A stretch of DNA of 64,000 nt from Azolla caroliniana. Taxonomy: Eukaryota > Plantae > Polypodiophyta. How positions within the stretch are numbered: the stretch's first letter is position 1; every line of letters begins with the position of its first letter. Made by a program: the position numbers and the translations under genes. The notes under the pieces are model-generated. The model did not search any database, had not been told where the DNA came from, and saw only the letters and a program-made list of their open reading frames with translations. Below are positions 22,401 to 35,979 of the stretch, piece after piece. The stretch is from NCBI GenBank assembly GCA_043228905.1, contig JBHGNT010000018.1, forward strand, positions 5,952,001-6,016,000, written 5' to 3'.

Positions 22401-25400
22401 GTATAGGGGCCATTGTGTTCATGGTCCATTATGGTGGAAAACCCTTGGCAAGGGTGTGGTTGAAGATTAGAGTGAGAAAGGAGGCTAGGCACTCTCGAGC
22501 ATATATGATGTGCTCAGCTCACAATCCTGTGTGGTCCATGGATTTCCTATGTTGTAATTTTTTTATGACCTTTGTGACCCTAGATGTCGTGAAAAGTGTC
22601 CCCATGTTAGATCGGGGTGTGGAAGGCATTGGGATGGGTGGTTGGTTCGGGACATGGTAGAGTCTCTCGATATACGTGTGCCAAATATTGGGATCCTCGA
22701 TGGGTGTTTGTGGTCGTGGTTCTCGTAGACTCTTCCATGCAAGGGCGCAATCCCTACTCATGAGCATATGGTAGAGTTCCCAATATTGGGATGCATCCCA
22801 AGCTCGTCTTTTACGACTTGTCATCTTGCGCATCTCTTTTCAAGCCTGTACTGAGGAAATAGTACCACTAAGTCGCGACACTTTAAGTTGTCTATACAAC
22901 TCTCTACAATCCTCGTCATACCACTTGTTTTGTGGCATAGACCCTATTCTACTATGATTGGAGTGTTTCGTGTATGGGAAGCTACTAATTGTTGCCGAGT
23001 GAAGGGTGTGTGCGAGTTCTGTAGTGAGGTTCTCTAAAGGCAAGGAAGAATCAAAAGAGGAGAGATGGGCTTGAACATGTCGAGAGTAGATGTCAGTGAG
23101 CTCATGCGTGAAATGTATTATGGTGTGTTGGTTTGGTTTACTAGAGTCGGTGGCATGGGAGGAGAGAACCATGAAATATCGGATGTATTTGTAGTTGTGG
23201 AGGTAGATCAAGGCGAAAAATAACATCATTAATTTTTCTATTAATAGGGAAAGCGCTTAACCATTGATAATCCAATTTGTCACACAATCAAGTAGTCTAG
23301 ATGTGCCATCGTAATAGCCATACTCCATCTCCAATATTAAAAGAGGATGGAAGCCGATGACGATCCGCATAGTCCTTTTGTGTTTGTAGGGCGCGATGTA
23401 GGTGGGTAGATATTTCTGCTTGAATTCGTCGTAACCACTCCAAATGATCCTCTACACTAGGATTTGTAGGTAACTCAAGAATTTCTAACACACACCAATG
23501 AGGATGATAGCCGATATAAGTGTAGAATGGTGTAAGCCTAGTAGAGGAGTGCATAGAATTATTATAAGCAAATTCAGCAAAGTGTAGAATATTTGCCCAA
23601 TCATCTTGTTGCTAGCTTGGGAAACACCAAAGATACTGTTCCAACGTTTGATTGGTGCGTTTTGCTTGTCCATCTATTTGGGGATGATCGCTGGAGGAAA
23701 GATTGCAGGTGACCTTGAGCATTTTAAAGAGATGTTTCCAAAATTTAGAGACGAATTGCGGCCCACGATCACTGATGATATTGTGGGAAGACCATGATGC
23801 CAAAATACTTCACGCATAACAATTCCAACGGTTTCTTCATTAGTGATTTCCTTAGTACAGTGCACGAAATATGCCATTGTAGTATATCAATCTACCATTG
23901 TTAAGATTGCATTGAAACCCCTTGAGTCCGGAAGATCTGTAATAAAATCGAGAGAAATAGATTGCCATGGTTTGCTTGGGATCGATAATGGATCCAACAA
24001 ACCATATGGATGATTTCGTGGCATCTTCGCTCTACAACATCTATCACATGTTTGAACATAGTCTTTGACAAATCTTCGCATATGAGGCCACCAAAACGAT
24101 CGTTGTACTAAGTCCAACGTTTTAGTACTACCAAAATGTCCGGTTGTGTATGTGTCATGATAGTTTTGTACTATTCGAAGGTGGCACAAACAATTGGGAA
24201 CATACAAAAGTTTCTTAAAGAAGAGTAATCGATTATGACATTTGAATTGCCGATAATCCATTATGATAGTTGTGATCGTGAACAAGATGCCCAAGAATGA
24301 TCGATTTGATCTAGAATAGCTTGAGAGAAAACATTTGTCTTCAAATATTCACGTATGGTATCGATAATGCGGGAATCCAATGGAGTGTCAAAGACCCACG
24401 TTGCTTGAAATCGTGCCAGACCCAGGATTACTTGTTTTTTATTGTCAAAGGACGGATCACCAAGACGAGGAGCTAGATACGAGCGTTGTGATAATGCATC
24501 CGCCTTCCCTTGTTGCTTGCCAAGATGATATGTAATCTTGAAGTCAAAACGGGTGAGGAATTGGGCCCACCAAGGTTGTCGTCTATTTAATACGCGAGCA
24601 TTCTAGAAGTAGGCAAGATTCTTGTGATCATTGAATGCAATGACTTGATGAGGAGATCCTTCTAAAAAATTCCTCCATTGTGCAAAAAAGTCCACTATTG
24701 CTAAGAGCTCCTTGTCATTTATCTTGAAGTTGATTTTGGTGGCGTCAAATTTTTGCGAGTGGAAAGCCAAGGGATGTAGCTTCTCATTGTCACCTTGTTG
24801 TGACAAAATACTACCGAGGGCGAAATCGGATGCATCTACTTCAATGATAAACAGTTTTTGTGGATCAACATTAGCTAAAATAGGAGCTGATGTAAATGCT
24901 TTCTTGAGACCCTCAAAAGCTGGGTCCACTTCCTTTGTCCAAACAAACAATTGCCCCTTCTTTCTAAGCTATGTGAGCAACAAAATAAGCTTTGAGTAGT
25001 CCTATATAAGCTTTCAAAAGAAGTTTGTGAATCCTAAAAAGCATTGCACATCTCGCAATCAAAATGGACTCTGCCACTCTAACACAATTTAGACTTTAGT
25101 TGGATCCATAGAGATGTCTTCCGATGAGATTTCATAGCCTAGAAATTCCACCTGATTACAGTCAAAAACTACACTTTTCTAGCTTAAATGCATAAAGACC
25201 ATGTTCTCGTAGTCATCTTAGTACTAGTAGTACATGAGAATCATCCTCCTCTTGTGTCTTTGAATAAACTAGCAGATCATCCAAGTAAATGATCAAACAA
25301 ATGTCCAAAAGATCTCGGAATATATCATTTGCCATGTGATGGAAAACCGTTGGCGCATTGGTGAGGCCAAATGGCATACCCGTATACTTGAAGTGCCCAT

Positions 25401-26359
25401 ATCGGGTGCGGAAAGTTGTCTTCCATTCGTCTCCCGGTCAAATCCGTACGAGGTTATATGCCCCTCGTAAGTCGATTTTTGTAAAAAACTTTGCGCCATT
25501 AATTCCCTCTAAAAGACTCGAGATCAGGGGAAGTGCATACCTATTCCTGATGGTGACCTTATTCAAGCCACGGTAATCCACGACTAGACGAAGTGACCCA
25601 TCTTTTTTCTTGACAAAGAAAATAGGTGCGCCAGCTGGAGATTTCGAATGTTGAATGAACCCGTTTGCCAAATTTTCCTCTATGTAGGCTCGAAGAGCTT
25701 CAAGCTCGATTGGTGACTAGTTATAGATCGGTCCCCACGATGTCTCTCTTCCGGGTTGTAAGTCAATGGAACAATCATACGGTTGATGATGAGGAAGAGT
25801 ACTAGCTTTTGCCTTATTAAAAACGTCGGCGTAATGATGATACTTCTTTGGAAGTTGAATTGTTGATTCCTCCTTAGCAGTGTTGGAAGGTTTCACTGAT
25901 ACTACGAATACAAACATTGTTTCCTTGCGTCCTTCCTCATGCAATTAATGTAGTGAGATCGTTGAAAACTTATGAGTAGATCTTTGAGGTTGTCGATACC
26001 CGATTTCTCTTGTTCTCCAATATACGTCCAAATTCTGTAATTTGAACCATGGTAACCCCAAAACAATTGGATGCTTTGGACTACTAATTATATTAAATGA
26101 TACTAAACATGTCAAATTATTTAGGACAACATTAATTGGCTCTGATTCTTCTACGATATTTCTAGAAGCTATAGGGCGAGCATCAATGACTACTACAAAC
26201 GTTGGGCAAGGGAGTTTTGTTACGGATATCTAATGAGCTTGGGCAAAATTCTTATCCATGAAGCAAGAATTGGCTCTAGAATCTAGGTGTGCTAACACAT
26301 GTATTGGAGGATTACTTTTAATACTAATTGTTACTTGAGCTAGGAACACATTGCTCACT
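19490..26359 (-). mobile_element. Decayed Tcn1-like Ty3/gypsy chromovirus (PR, RT, RNase H, IN, chromodomain, 3' LTR); 5' end missing
   Basis: Minus-strand [69 protein letters not shown]...LVDWLGY...TWEP; PPT AAAAGGGGGGATAG; 3' LTR 19798-19490. Clade assignment is by motif similarity only. Confidence 0.9.
20101..23160 (-). mobile_element. 5'-truncated RTEX/RTE-like LINE inserted in the gypsy integrase
   Basis: FVDFHKAFDTV, GVKQGCPLSPTLF, LLYVDD, YVYLG, C-terminal LRISSHQLEIENGR...CRLC...EDDYHF...C; (CTTT)n tail at 20101; gypsy reads HPIFHGSL | LEPY across the insertion. Confidence 0.9.
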
Positions 26360-29300
26360 TGTTGAGCGGACAAGCTCAACCAGATCCGGATCCAAATTAA
26401 CTGAATAAGCCAGAGCCGGATTGGAGTCTGAACGAAGAACCAGATAGGTATCTAGAACCAGGAGCCAAATCGGAGAGACGGATCGGATTGTAACCGGTAG
26501 GCCGTTACAGGCCTACGAATCTAGCCTAGTACGTAGGCATATCTTTAGGAGTTAGTGTCAGTCGCTCATATGAGCATTGAAGTACTTGTTACTTGTTAGT
26601 ACTTATGTCAGTCCGTGTAAGGACTTCTATAAAAGTGATCTTTGAGCACATTCTATGTACAAAGTGTTATTATTTTGAGTTGAGTTCATGCTATTCTGCT
26701 CTCTCTGTCTCTCCCATGAACTGTGTATTCTAAGCTTCCATTAAACCTGTGTTTATTCTCTATTGCTATCCGATGTAACCGGTTTTGTTAAAGCTTCCGC
26801 ATATTCACTTTTACATGGTATCTGAGCTCGAGGGTTGAGAACCTCTGTTGCTGACAAACGATATCCAAAGACAAACCCTAACTTCCGGAAAAGCACAGAC
26901 CGAAAAGAAGGAAGATATGGATAGACGCATGGTGAGTTCACTTCCAACATAGATGCTCGACCGGAGCAACTATGCATCCTGGTCGTATAAAATGCACCAA
27001 TACCTGTTGGGGCATGGATACTGGAGCTACGTGGAAGGAGCAAATGAAGCATCACCGGATTCGGCACACATGGACTTCCCGGTATGAGAACAAGGAGCGA
27101 GCAGAGTATTGTACTGTCGCGCGTCTTGTGTGCACGACCAGATGCTCGGCTACATAAGGGATACCAAAACGTTGAAAGAGGCCTAGGAAAATTTCCGGAA
27201 GATTTTCGTCGCAAGTACCAAGGCTCGGAAGTTGCAACTCCGGCAAGAGCTCAACAGTATCTGGTAACGGGACATGTCGGTCACCGACTAGACCACCAAG
27301 AAAAGGAGATCTGCGACACGCTCAATTCCATCAACGTGATAGTGGATGAGGACAAGATGGTTCAGATTTGCCCCGGTGGTCTAGCACAACGGTACAGGCC
27401 CATTCGGACAACTATTTGCATATGGGAGAAGCCATCGTCCTTCTTCGACTTGCAATCGATGCTCATGGTCGAAGAAAACCACGCGAGTGGGTCGAGGACC
27501 ACTCGATCAGACAACTGAATGTTGTACACGGAGGTAAATCGGCCCCATGGGCGTGGAGGACAAGGTGGGTCGGCACGGAATAGTAGCGGCCGACAAGAGG
27601 AAAACCAAAGGCACAAAGATAGTGCTGACAACAGTTCCAGACCCTCTACAAGCAGGGGAACTCCAAGCGGCACTAGAAATCGGCAAGGAAACGACATAGA
27701 ATGTTAGTACTGTGGCCGGAAGGGTCACAAAGAGAGCAAATGCTGGAAGAAGCGCGTCAATTTAGATAAATCTGAATCCGGTAAAGCCGGACAAGGAAAC
27801 CGGCAAAGCTTGCACTATGCATAAGGATCAGAAAGACCAGACAAGGGCCAACCTTCGTGATGAAGCACAAGGTGAATTATATGAAGAAGACCACTTTCGG
27901 ATCAGAGGAAGTATGGTACGTTGACTCTAGAGCATCTAGCCATATGACGAGCCATGAAGAGTGGTTCTTGTTTCTGGAAAAGCCAGAGCAATTGGGAGTT
28001 GTCGAAACCGGAGACGAAACTCCTCACTTGATTGTGCATGTCGGAGAAGTCCCTTTAAGTCATGTTAGACAAAAGGGAAAGTTGATGAACGTACAACATA
28101 TTCCGACAATCACAAAGAACATTGTGTCAGTCGGGCAAATCGTCGACCAGGGGATGCAGGTGCAGTTTACACACCTCGGGTGCTTCAACGAGGAAGAGGG
28201 GCAAGTCATTGTGCAAGGGTGTCGGGACGAAAGCATGTTCATTCTCGACACCAACAACGTCGACTCTGCGGATATCGACATGTGGCACAAGCAGATCGGC
28301 CACATCAACTATCAAAGGCTTCAAGACTTGCAATCGAAACAGGTTGTTTTCGGATTGCCAAAATTTAGTGGTTGGAAGGCCCAAATTGGTGAAGCCTGCC
28401 AGCTCGGGAAGCAACATCGGCTTCCGTTCCCACCGAAAGAAACCGGAGCCGTAACAAGCTCGATCTAATACATTCAGGTGTATGGGAACTGACATAGAAC
28501 GTTAGTCTTGGTGGGAGCCGATATTTCGTCTCCTTCATCGACGACTACAACCGACACACGTGGATCTACCTTATCAAAAGGAAAAGTGAAGTTTTCGACT
28601 ATTTCCGGAACCTGCAAAGTCTTGTAAAATGGGAAACAGAGAGGAAGATCAAGTGTCTGCAATCAAATGGAGGAAAAGAATACTTTTCCGGCTAATTCAA
28701 CAGTTATATGAAACAAATGGGAATTCAAAGAGAATTCAGTTGCAGATACACACCAGAACAGAAAGGAATTCAACAATTATTTGTAATAGAAAGGAATTCG
28801 GAGAGAATTCAACTACCAATACACACCTGAACAAAACGGTGTGGCCGAAAGAAAGAACCGATCAATTGTGGAGGCGGCACAGGCAATGCTGGAAGAGAAG
28901 AGCATGCCCAAGTTCTACTGGGCCGAAGCGGTTCGGACAACCGTCTACATCTAGAACCGGATCGGGGATGAGGTGTCAGCACACAAGCTTTATGTTGGGC
29001 GAAAGCTGAATTTAAGACACCTTAATATATTCGGTAGCATTGCATATATCCATGTGCCGGATGAGAAGCGGAGAAAGGTGAACCCGAAGTCGGAGAAGTG
29101 CATCCTTGTCAGCTACTCACATGAGAAAAAGGGTTATAAGTGCTATAACCCCCGAACAAAACAAGTTTGAGTGACCCAAGATATCAAATTTGATGAGTCG
29201 GCATCATGGTACTCTCTACCGACTCCGACGTCCAACTCCGACTCGATTCCAAAGGATGAGGCCAGTGAGCCCGAAACAATACACGTAGAAGAAGAAGGAT

Positions 29301-31776
29301 TCGGTACTCTAGATGAGAGTTCGATCTCATTCCGGCTAAGTGGGTCGCATGAGCTACTAAGTCAGAATGACCAGTCCGATGAAGAGCTGGCGAGTAGTGG
29401 AGACTCAACCGTGCTCTCCCCATGCAAGGAACTGAGGAGACAGGTCACGCGCAAAGAAAAGGGGAAGAAGAAGATTGGAGCGAATCTGACTCCGGAAAGA
29501 ACAAAGATAGACCTTCGGGAACGAAGTCAGAGCCGGTCAAGAGGGCCTTGCAATCGGCGAACACGAAGTTACGTCGATCAACCCGCCAGAAGAACCTCAT
29601 AAAAAGGTACAGATATAATGAGTACATGGCTCATCACTATGCATACATGACGAAAGTGGCAGAAGTGCGTGAGCCGGAGAGCTACGGAGAAGCGGCAGAG
29701 GATGCACATTGGCGTGCCGCTATGGAGGAAGAGATGCGGGCACTTGATGCGAACGACACATGGGACCTGGTTGACCCTCCCCAACATTGCAAACTGATCA
29801 GTTGCAAGTGGGTGTACAAGGTAAAGTACAATGTTGATGGTTCGGTTAACCGGTACAAGGCCTAGTTAGTGGCCAAAGGATACGCGCAGACCCACGGAAT
29901 TGATTACGACAAGACCTTTGCTCCAATAGTGAAGATGACGACATTTCGTATGGTGCTAGTTGTTGATGCGGCAAGGGGATGACATCTTCACCAAATGGAT
30001 GTGAAGAATGTGTTTCTTCAAGGTGACCTTGAAGAACAGGTCTACATGATCCAGCCCCCCGGTTTTCAGTCGGAGATGAACAAGTTGGTAGTGTGCCGAC
30101 TTAAGAAGTCCCTTTACGGCCTCAAGCAAGCCCCCCGTGCTTGGAATTTGAAGATCACGCACCAGTTGCATAAGATGGGGTTTGTGGCCTCAAAGTCGGA
30201 CTCTTTGTTGTTCATCCAGAAAGGTCCAGTTTGTATCTTGTTATACCTGGATGATCTAGTCATCACAGACAAGGCCTTGCTGAAATCAGTCGAGTGAAGT
30301 CCTAGTTGTCGGATGTTTTCGAAATGAAGGACCTGGGGGACCTTCATTACTTCGTCGGGATCGAAGTGATCCATAGCCCGACGGCATATTGTTATCTAAG
30401 CAACATTATGTGCTGAATATGTTGTACAAGTTCGGCATGACGGATTGCCGAACAGTCTCCACACCTCTAAACTGGAACCTAAAGCTTCGTCCTCACTCTA
30501 GACCAGCCTACGATGAGAAATGGTTCCGACAAATTGTCGAAAGCCTCATTTATTTGACAATCAAAAAACTCGGCATTAGCTATCCGATCGCAGAGATAAG
30601 TCAGTTCATGCAGAAGCCGACTATAGAGCACCTTCAATGCGTGCACCAAATACTGAGGTATGTTAGCAGCACTAAGGACGGGGACTATTATACCAACATG
30701 GTATAACCGAAAAGCTTGTCAGATATACAGATGTCGACTACGCTGGAGATGCATCAGATCGACGGTCCACTTCCGATTCATGTTCTCTATTGGTAGTGCG
30801 GCTGTTGTGTGGAGCAGCAAAAGGCAACCAACTGTGGCTCTGTTGACCACTGAGGCTGAGTATCGGGGCGCTACCGTTACCACCTATGAAGCCATTTGGC
30901 TTCGGTGGCAATTGCAAGACCTATAGATCGAAGTACCGACTCCGATTCCAATCCACTGTGACAACATGAGCAGCATGCAACTAGCCAAGAACCCTGTGTT
31001 CCATGCTCGGATGAAGCACATAGAAGTGCATTATCACTTTGTGCACGAGTGGGTCCTCAACGGTGAAGTAGAACTCTGGTATGTCCGGGCGGATCGGCAA
31101 GTTGTCAACATCTTCACGAAGGCCCTTGGAACCGACAAGTTGTAGTATTTTTCGGAAATGCTTGATCTTCAGCATCTCGACATGCCACACTTGAGGGGGA
31201 GAAAGGATGAGGAAATCGGAATGGAAACCGGGAAAACAGGTAATGGCACCGAACAAAGAGCCAGAGAGGCAGCGGGAGACAAGAAGATAAAGGAAGCCGA
31301 GTCGACTGAACAAGTTAGCACATCCGATAAAGTCGGAACAAGCGACGACGACGACGGCAGAGTCAAGAAGGACAGAGCCGACCGGAACGGGAAGCCCAAG
31401 ACCTGAACGTGGTCCGATGTGGTGAAAGGCCTGAAGGATGAAGAGGAATGGAGACAGGAAATTTGCACAAGAGCCGGAATGAATTGGAAGCACCCGGTTC
31501 AGAAGAGGTGTTTGATTTGGATGAGCCAGATCAACTGGAGGCCAAATGGAGGAGGCGGCAGCGGAAGTCAACAGCGACACGAAGGAACCGACGGGTCGAG
31601 AAGCACTGGTCGCAACGACGAAGGATCTGAGATGGGCCTTATGAGCAGACAAGCCGATCGGGAAGGTTGAGGTGAGCAGAACTCGACGGGGCGTGGAACG
31701 CGGAACCAGACGGGAGAAGAAGCCAGAAGAAGCCGACTGCAAAGCTCGGCAAACATCGACACAACGATCTGACCTC

Positions 31777-33696
31777 TATCATGAACATATACCAAAACTC
31801 CAAGACTTGTAATAAGGATTTGAACCCATGACCTCTTCAAAGATAATGTGTAGCTTCAACCACTAGGATACATCATATTACATTTATTAAATTGTAAATT
31901 CTTATATTAGATTAGGAAGAAACATATCTAATAGTGTGAAACATTGCCACCGCATAGGATAACGCATGATTACCAAGTGTCATGCTTGCATGAATGCCTA
32001 GTGGCATGCTTGCATGAATGCCTAGTGGCATGCTTGCATGAATGACAAATGGCGAGCATGTGTGCCTATGAGGTGGCGAGCATGCATGTATCCAAAGCAT
32101 GCTATATAATCATATAGCGAACTATTGATGAACGATTCCGGTTCAAACTGTCAGGACCATAGCCAAAGACAAGTTTTAAAATGAAGAAAAGAATGAGAAA
32201 TAGAAAATAAGACAGGAATGAGAGAGAAATAAGATATTGAAATGTATTAGCAATGAGAACAAGGGTTACAAGAGTACACCGAAGACTAGCGTTGAAATTA
32301 GTGATGGCCGCTAATGCTTTTAAACACCTATGGGCTCGATACTTAAAAGTACGATTCGTACCGGTCTTGAAGCAGACGAATTTTCCCAAGATTTCTTGAA
32401 TCATATTATTCCAAATCGTGCTTCTTGTTCAAGGTCAATGAATTCTTGTAAAGATTATAATCAGTTCAATTGGCATGATAATTTAATTTTTCGAAATAAT
32501 TTGCTTTATGTCCCTGATGGCCGCTCAGGACTCCTTATTTTACAACATTGCCATGACATGCCAATGGTTGGACATTTTGGAGTTCACAAAACATTGGAAT
32601 TAGTTTCTAGAAATTATTGGTGGCCGCATCTTCGTAATTATGTTGAAAACCACATTCGTAGTTGTCAGTCCAAGTGTCCTCAACATCGACCATATGGTTT
32701 ACACCAACCCTTACCAGTTCCTGATGGTCCTTGGAAGTCTATATCTATGGATTTCATTACTGATCTTCCATCTTCCAAAGGTTTTGATTCCATCCTTACT
32801 GTTGTAGATCGGTTCACTAAGATGGCACATTTTCTACCATGCACAAAGACTATTAATAGTCAAGAGATAGCAGATTTGGTTATGTGTGAAGTGTTTCGGC
32901 ATCATGGTCTTCCTAATGACATCATTAGTGATCGAGGACCACAATTTATCTCAACATTTTGGAACCACTTGTTTGGGCTCCTCCAAATTGATTGTAAACT
33001 CTCTTCAAGCTATCACCCATAGACTGATGGTCAAACCATGGAACAATACATTCGTTGCTTCATCAATTATCAACAAGATGATTGGGTAGATTATTTACAT
33101 TTTGCGGAGTTTGCTTAAAACAATTCAATTCATTCTTCTACCAAAATTACTCCCTTCTTTGCCAACACGGGTGTTCATCCCCATTGGACAATTCTTGACC
33201 ACCCAAGAATCTCGAAAAACCCCGCTGCGAAGGATCGCCTACGTCATGTCCGAGAAATTCATATTGCTCTTTCTCATCATTTACATCATGCTCAAGACAC
33301 CCATAAGAAATTTGCAGATCGTCATCGACTCAACTCATCACCGGAAAAACCCAAATTTCAAGTTAGAGATCGTGTATGGCTCTTACGATGTAATGTGAAG
33401 ACCACTAGGCCTTGTAACAAGCTAGATTATCAACGCCTTGGTCCATGTTCAATCACTAAACATATCAAAGAAGTTGCTTTTCAACTCGATCTCCCTCATA
33501 TGCGTCTTCACCCAGTGTTCCATGTCTCACTCTTGGAACCTTATACTTCAAACTCTATTCTAGATCGCGGTGTTCCCCCTCCACCTTCTATTGAGTTTGA
33601 TGAAGGCCCAGAATATGAAGTAAAATCCATTTTGGAATCCAAAGTTGTGAAGAACAAATTGTATTACTTTGTTGATTGGTTGGGTTATACACCCGC
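31777..33696 (+). mobile_element. Internally deleted Tcn1-like gypsy: 5' LTR with inverted R-U5, integrase and partial chromodomain
   Basis: LTR follows ACCTC at 31777; 32149-32296 is the reverse complement of the LTR end seen at ~34216-34393; ORFs carry GHFG, WKSISMDFITDLP, HPVFHVSLLEPY and EYEVKSIL. Confidence 0.85.
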
Positions 33697-33830
33697 GAGC
33701 AGACAAGCCGACCAGGAAGATTGAGGTGAGCGGGACTCGACGGGTCGTGGAACGCGGAACCAGACGGGAGAAGAAGCCAGAAGAAGCCGACTACAAAGCT
33801 CGGGAAACACCGACACAACTATCTGACCTC

Positions 33831-34393
33831 TGTCATGAACATATACCAAAACTCCAAGACTTGTAATAAGGATTTGAACCCATGACCTCTTCAAAGATAA
33901 TATGTAGCTTCAACCACTAGGATACATTTACATTTATTAAATTGTAAATTCTTATATAAGATTAGGAAGAAACATATCTAATAGTGTGAAACGTTGCCAC
34001 CACATAGGATAACGCATGATTACCAAGTGTCATGCTTGCATGAATGCCTAGTGGCATGCTTGCATGAATGCCTAGTGGCATGCTTGCATGAATGCCTAGT
34101 GGCATGCTTGCATGAATGATAAATGGCGAGCATGTGTGCCTATGAGGTGGCGAGCATGCATGTGTCCAAAGCATGTTATATAAACATATAGCGAACTATT
34201 GATGAACCATTCTAGTTCAACGCCAATCTTTGGCGTACTCTTGTAACCCTTGTTCTCATTGCTATTGTAACCCAACCCTTGTTCTCATTGCTAATACATT
34301 TTCAATATCTTATTTCTCTCTCATTCCTCTCTTATTTTCTATTTCTCATTCTTTTCTTCATTTTAAAACTTGTCTTTGGCTACGGCCCTAACA
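33831..34393 (+). mobile_element. Solo-type gypsy LTR flanked by the 5-bp TSD ACCTC
   Basis: TGTCATG...CCTAACA with ACCTC at 33826-33830 and 34394-34398; contains 24-bp CATGCTTGCATGAATGCCTAGTGG repeats (about 4 here, about 3 in the 31777 copy). Confidence 0.88.
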
Positions 34394-35528
34394 ACCTCAA
34401 GTTTAGCTTGAGGGGGAGTGTTGAGCGGACAAGTTCAACCGGATCCGGATCAGTTGAATAAGCCAGAGCCGGATCAGAGTCCAGAATGAAGAACCGGATA
34501 GGTATCCAGAACCAAGAGCTGGATCGGAGAGGCGGACCGAATTGTAACCGGTAGGTTGTTAGAGGCCTACGAATCTAGCCTAGTACATAGGCATATCTTT
34601 AGGGGTCAGTGTCAGTCACTCGTATGAGCATTGAAGTACTTGTTAGTACTTCTGTCAGTCCATGTAAGGACTTCTATAAAAGTGCTCTCTAAGCACATTC
34701 TATGTTTAGAGTGTTATTATTTTGAATTGAGTTCATGCTATTCTGCTCTTTCTGTCTCTCCCGTGAACACCACACGAACTGTCATCATCTTCGCAACTGG
34801 CATGAATGTCTCATCATAGTCGATGTCGTGGGTCTACACATAGCCTTTGGTCACCAATCAGGCCTTGTATCAATTGATCGAGGTGTCGACGTTGTACTTC
34901 AATTTGTATACTCATTTGCAGCCAATTAGTTTGACTCCTTTTCGGAGGTCAACCACGCTCCATGTCTCGTTGACATCCAGTGCCCACATTTTTTCTTTCA
35001 TGGTTGATTGCCATTTGACATCCTGTGATGCTTCTACGTAGCCTCTGACTCGTGGACCTCTGCCACTAAGTTGACCAGTGCAACCTCTCGTTGGTCGTCT
35101 TCAAGGCCCTCTTAGCCGATTCTGACCTCAACTCAAGAGGTTTGTCTTCACTCATGGCCCGTCAGATTCACTCCAATCTAACATGCCCCATTCTGTGTCA
35201 TATTCTTGCATCTTCTTCTTCCCCTTTTCCTTGCGTGTAAGTCATCCCTTCAGCTTCATTCGCTGGTATTGCACAGCTGAGTTTTCGTCGCTCATCGGCA
35301 TGTCAATCGGTTTGCCATCCCGGCTCATCTCCTCATTCGGCCCACTTAGCCGAAATGAGATCGAAATCTCCTCTAGAGTGTCGATGTCTTCCTCCACAAT
35401 CGTACCGGCTTCACTAACCTCATCCTTAGTGATCATCACAGAGCCTTCAGGGGTTGGAGCCGGAAGGGAGTACCAAGAGGCTGATTTCTCGAACAAGACA
35501 CCTCGGCTCACTCGCACCTACTTGGTCC

Positions 35529-35979
35529 TGTTACTGGGCCGGACTTGGCTGTAACACAAGGTGTCCCTTTGGAACACTTCACCAAAGGGTGGTTGCAGTA
35601 AGGGATTCAGCCCTAACAACCATAATCGGTTATCTTCCGGTTTGATATCCGGATTCACAACACACATCAATTACACACGTAAGATCCATACATTGAGCGC
35701 AGAATGGAATAGGAACATAATGATCCACAAGATACAATAACAAAACTTTGTTATATTGATATTCCGTCATCTCAATACATCGATACCCGGATCCTTTTAT
35801 AGGCATCTGGTTCTGTGTTGCAAAACGGTGCCTAACCGGCAACCGGCTACGAATCGGTCTGGATCTAGATTGACATACCTATTCCGGATCCGTCCGTTCC
35901 TATAACTATTATTATTATTATATATCCGGAAACAAGTTCGCCCCTTCCTCATTACATACTTGGCTGCCAACGGCCAACA
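35529..35979 (-). mobile_element. Solo LTR inserted in copia C
   Basis: TGTT...AACA ends; degenerate TSD GGTCC/AGTTC; minus-strand TATAAAA; copia YNP-T | K-VRVSR frame resumes across it. Confidence 0.7.

Larger units (their letters stand above)
26360..34770 (+). mobile_element. Decayed Ty1/copia (copia B2, related to B1) with nested gypsy material and a truncated 3' LTR
   Basis: 5' LTR 26360-26815, PBS TGGTATCTGAGC, gag-PR-IN-RT-RNase H fragments ~26920-31200, PPT ~34406-34418, 3' LTR from 34419 broken off near 34770. Confidence 0.92.

Noticed and set aside
30981-31742. 253-aa minus-strand ORF or extra gene in the copia B2 3' region
   Set aside because: It is antisense to RNase H and a purine-rich tract; low complexity, with no recognisable motif.
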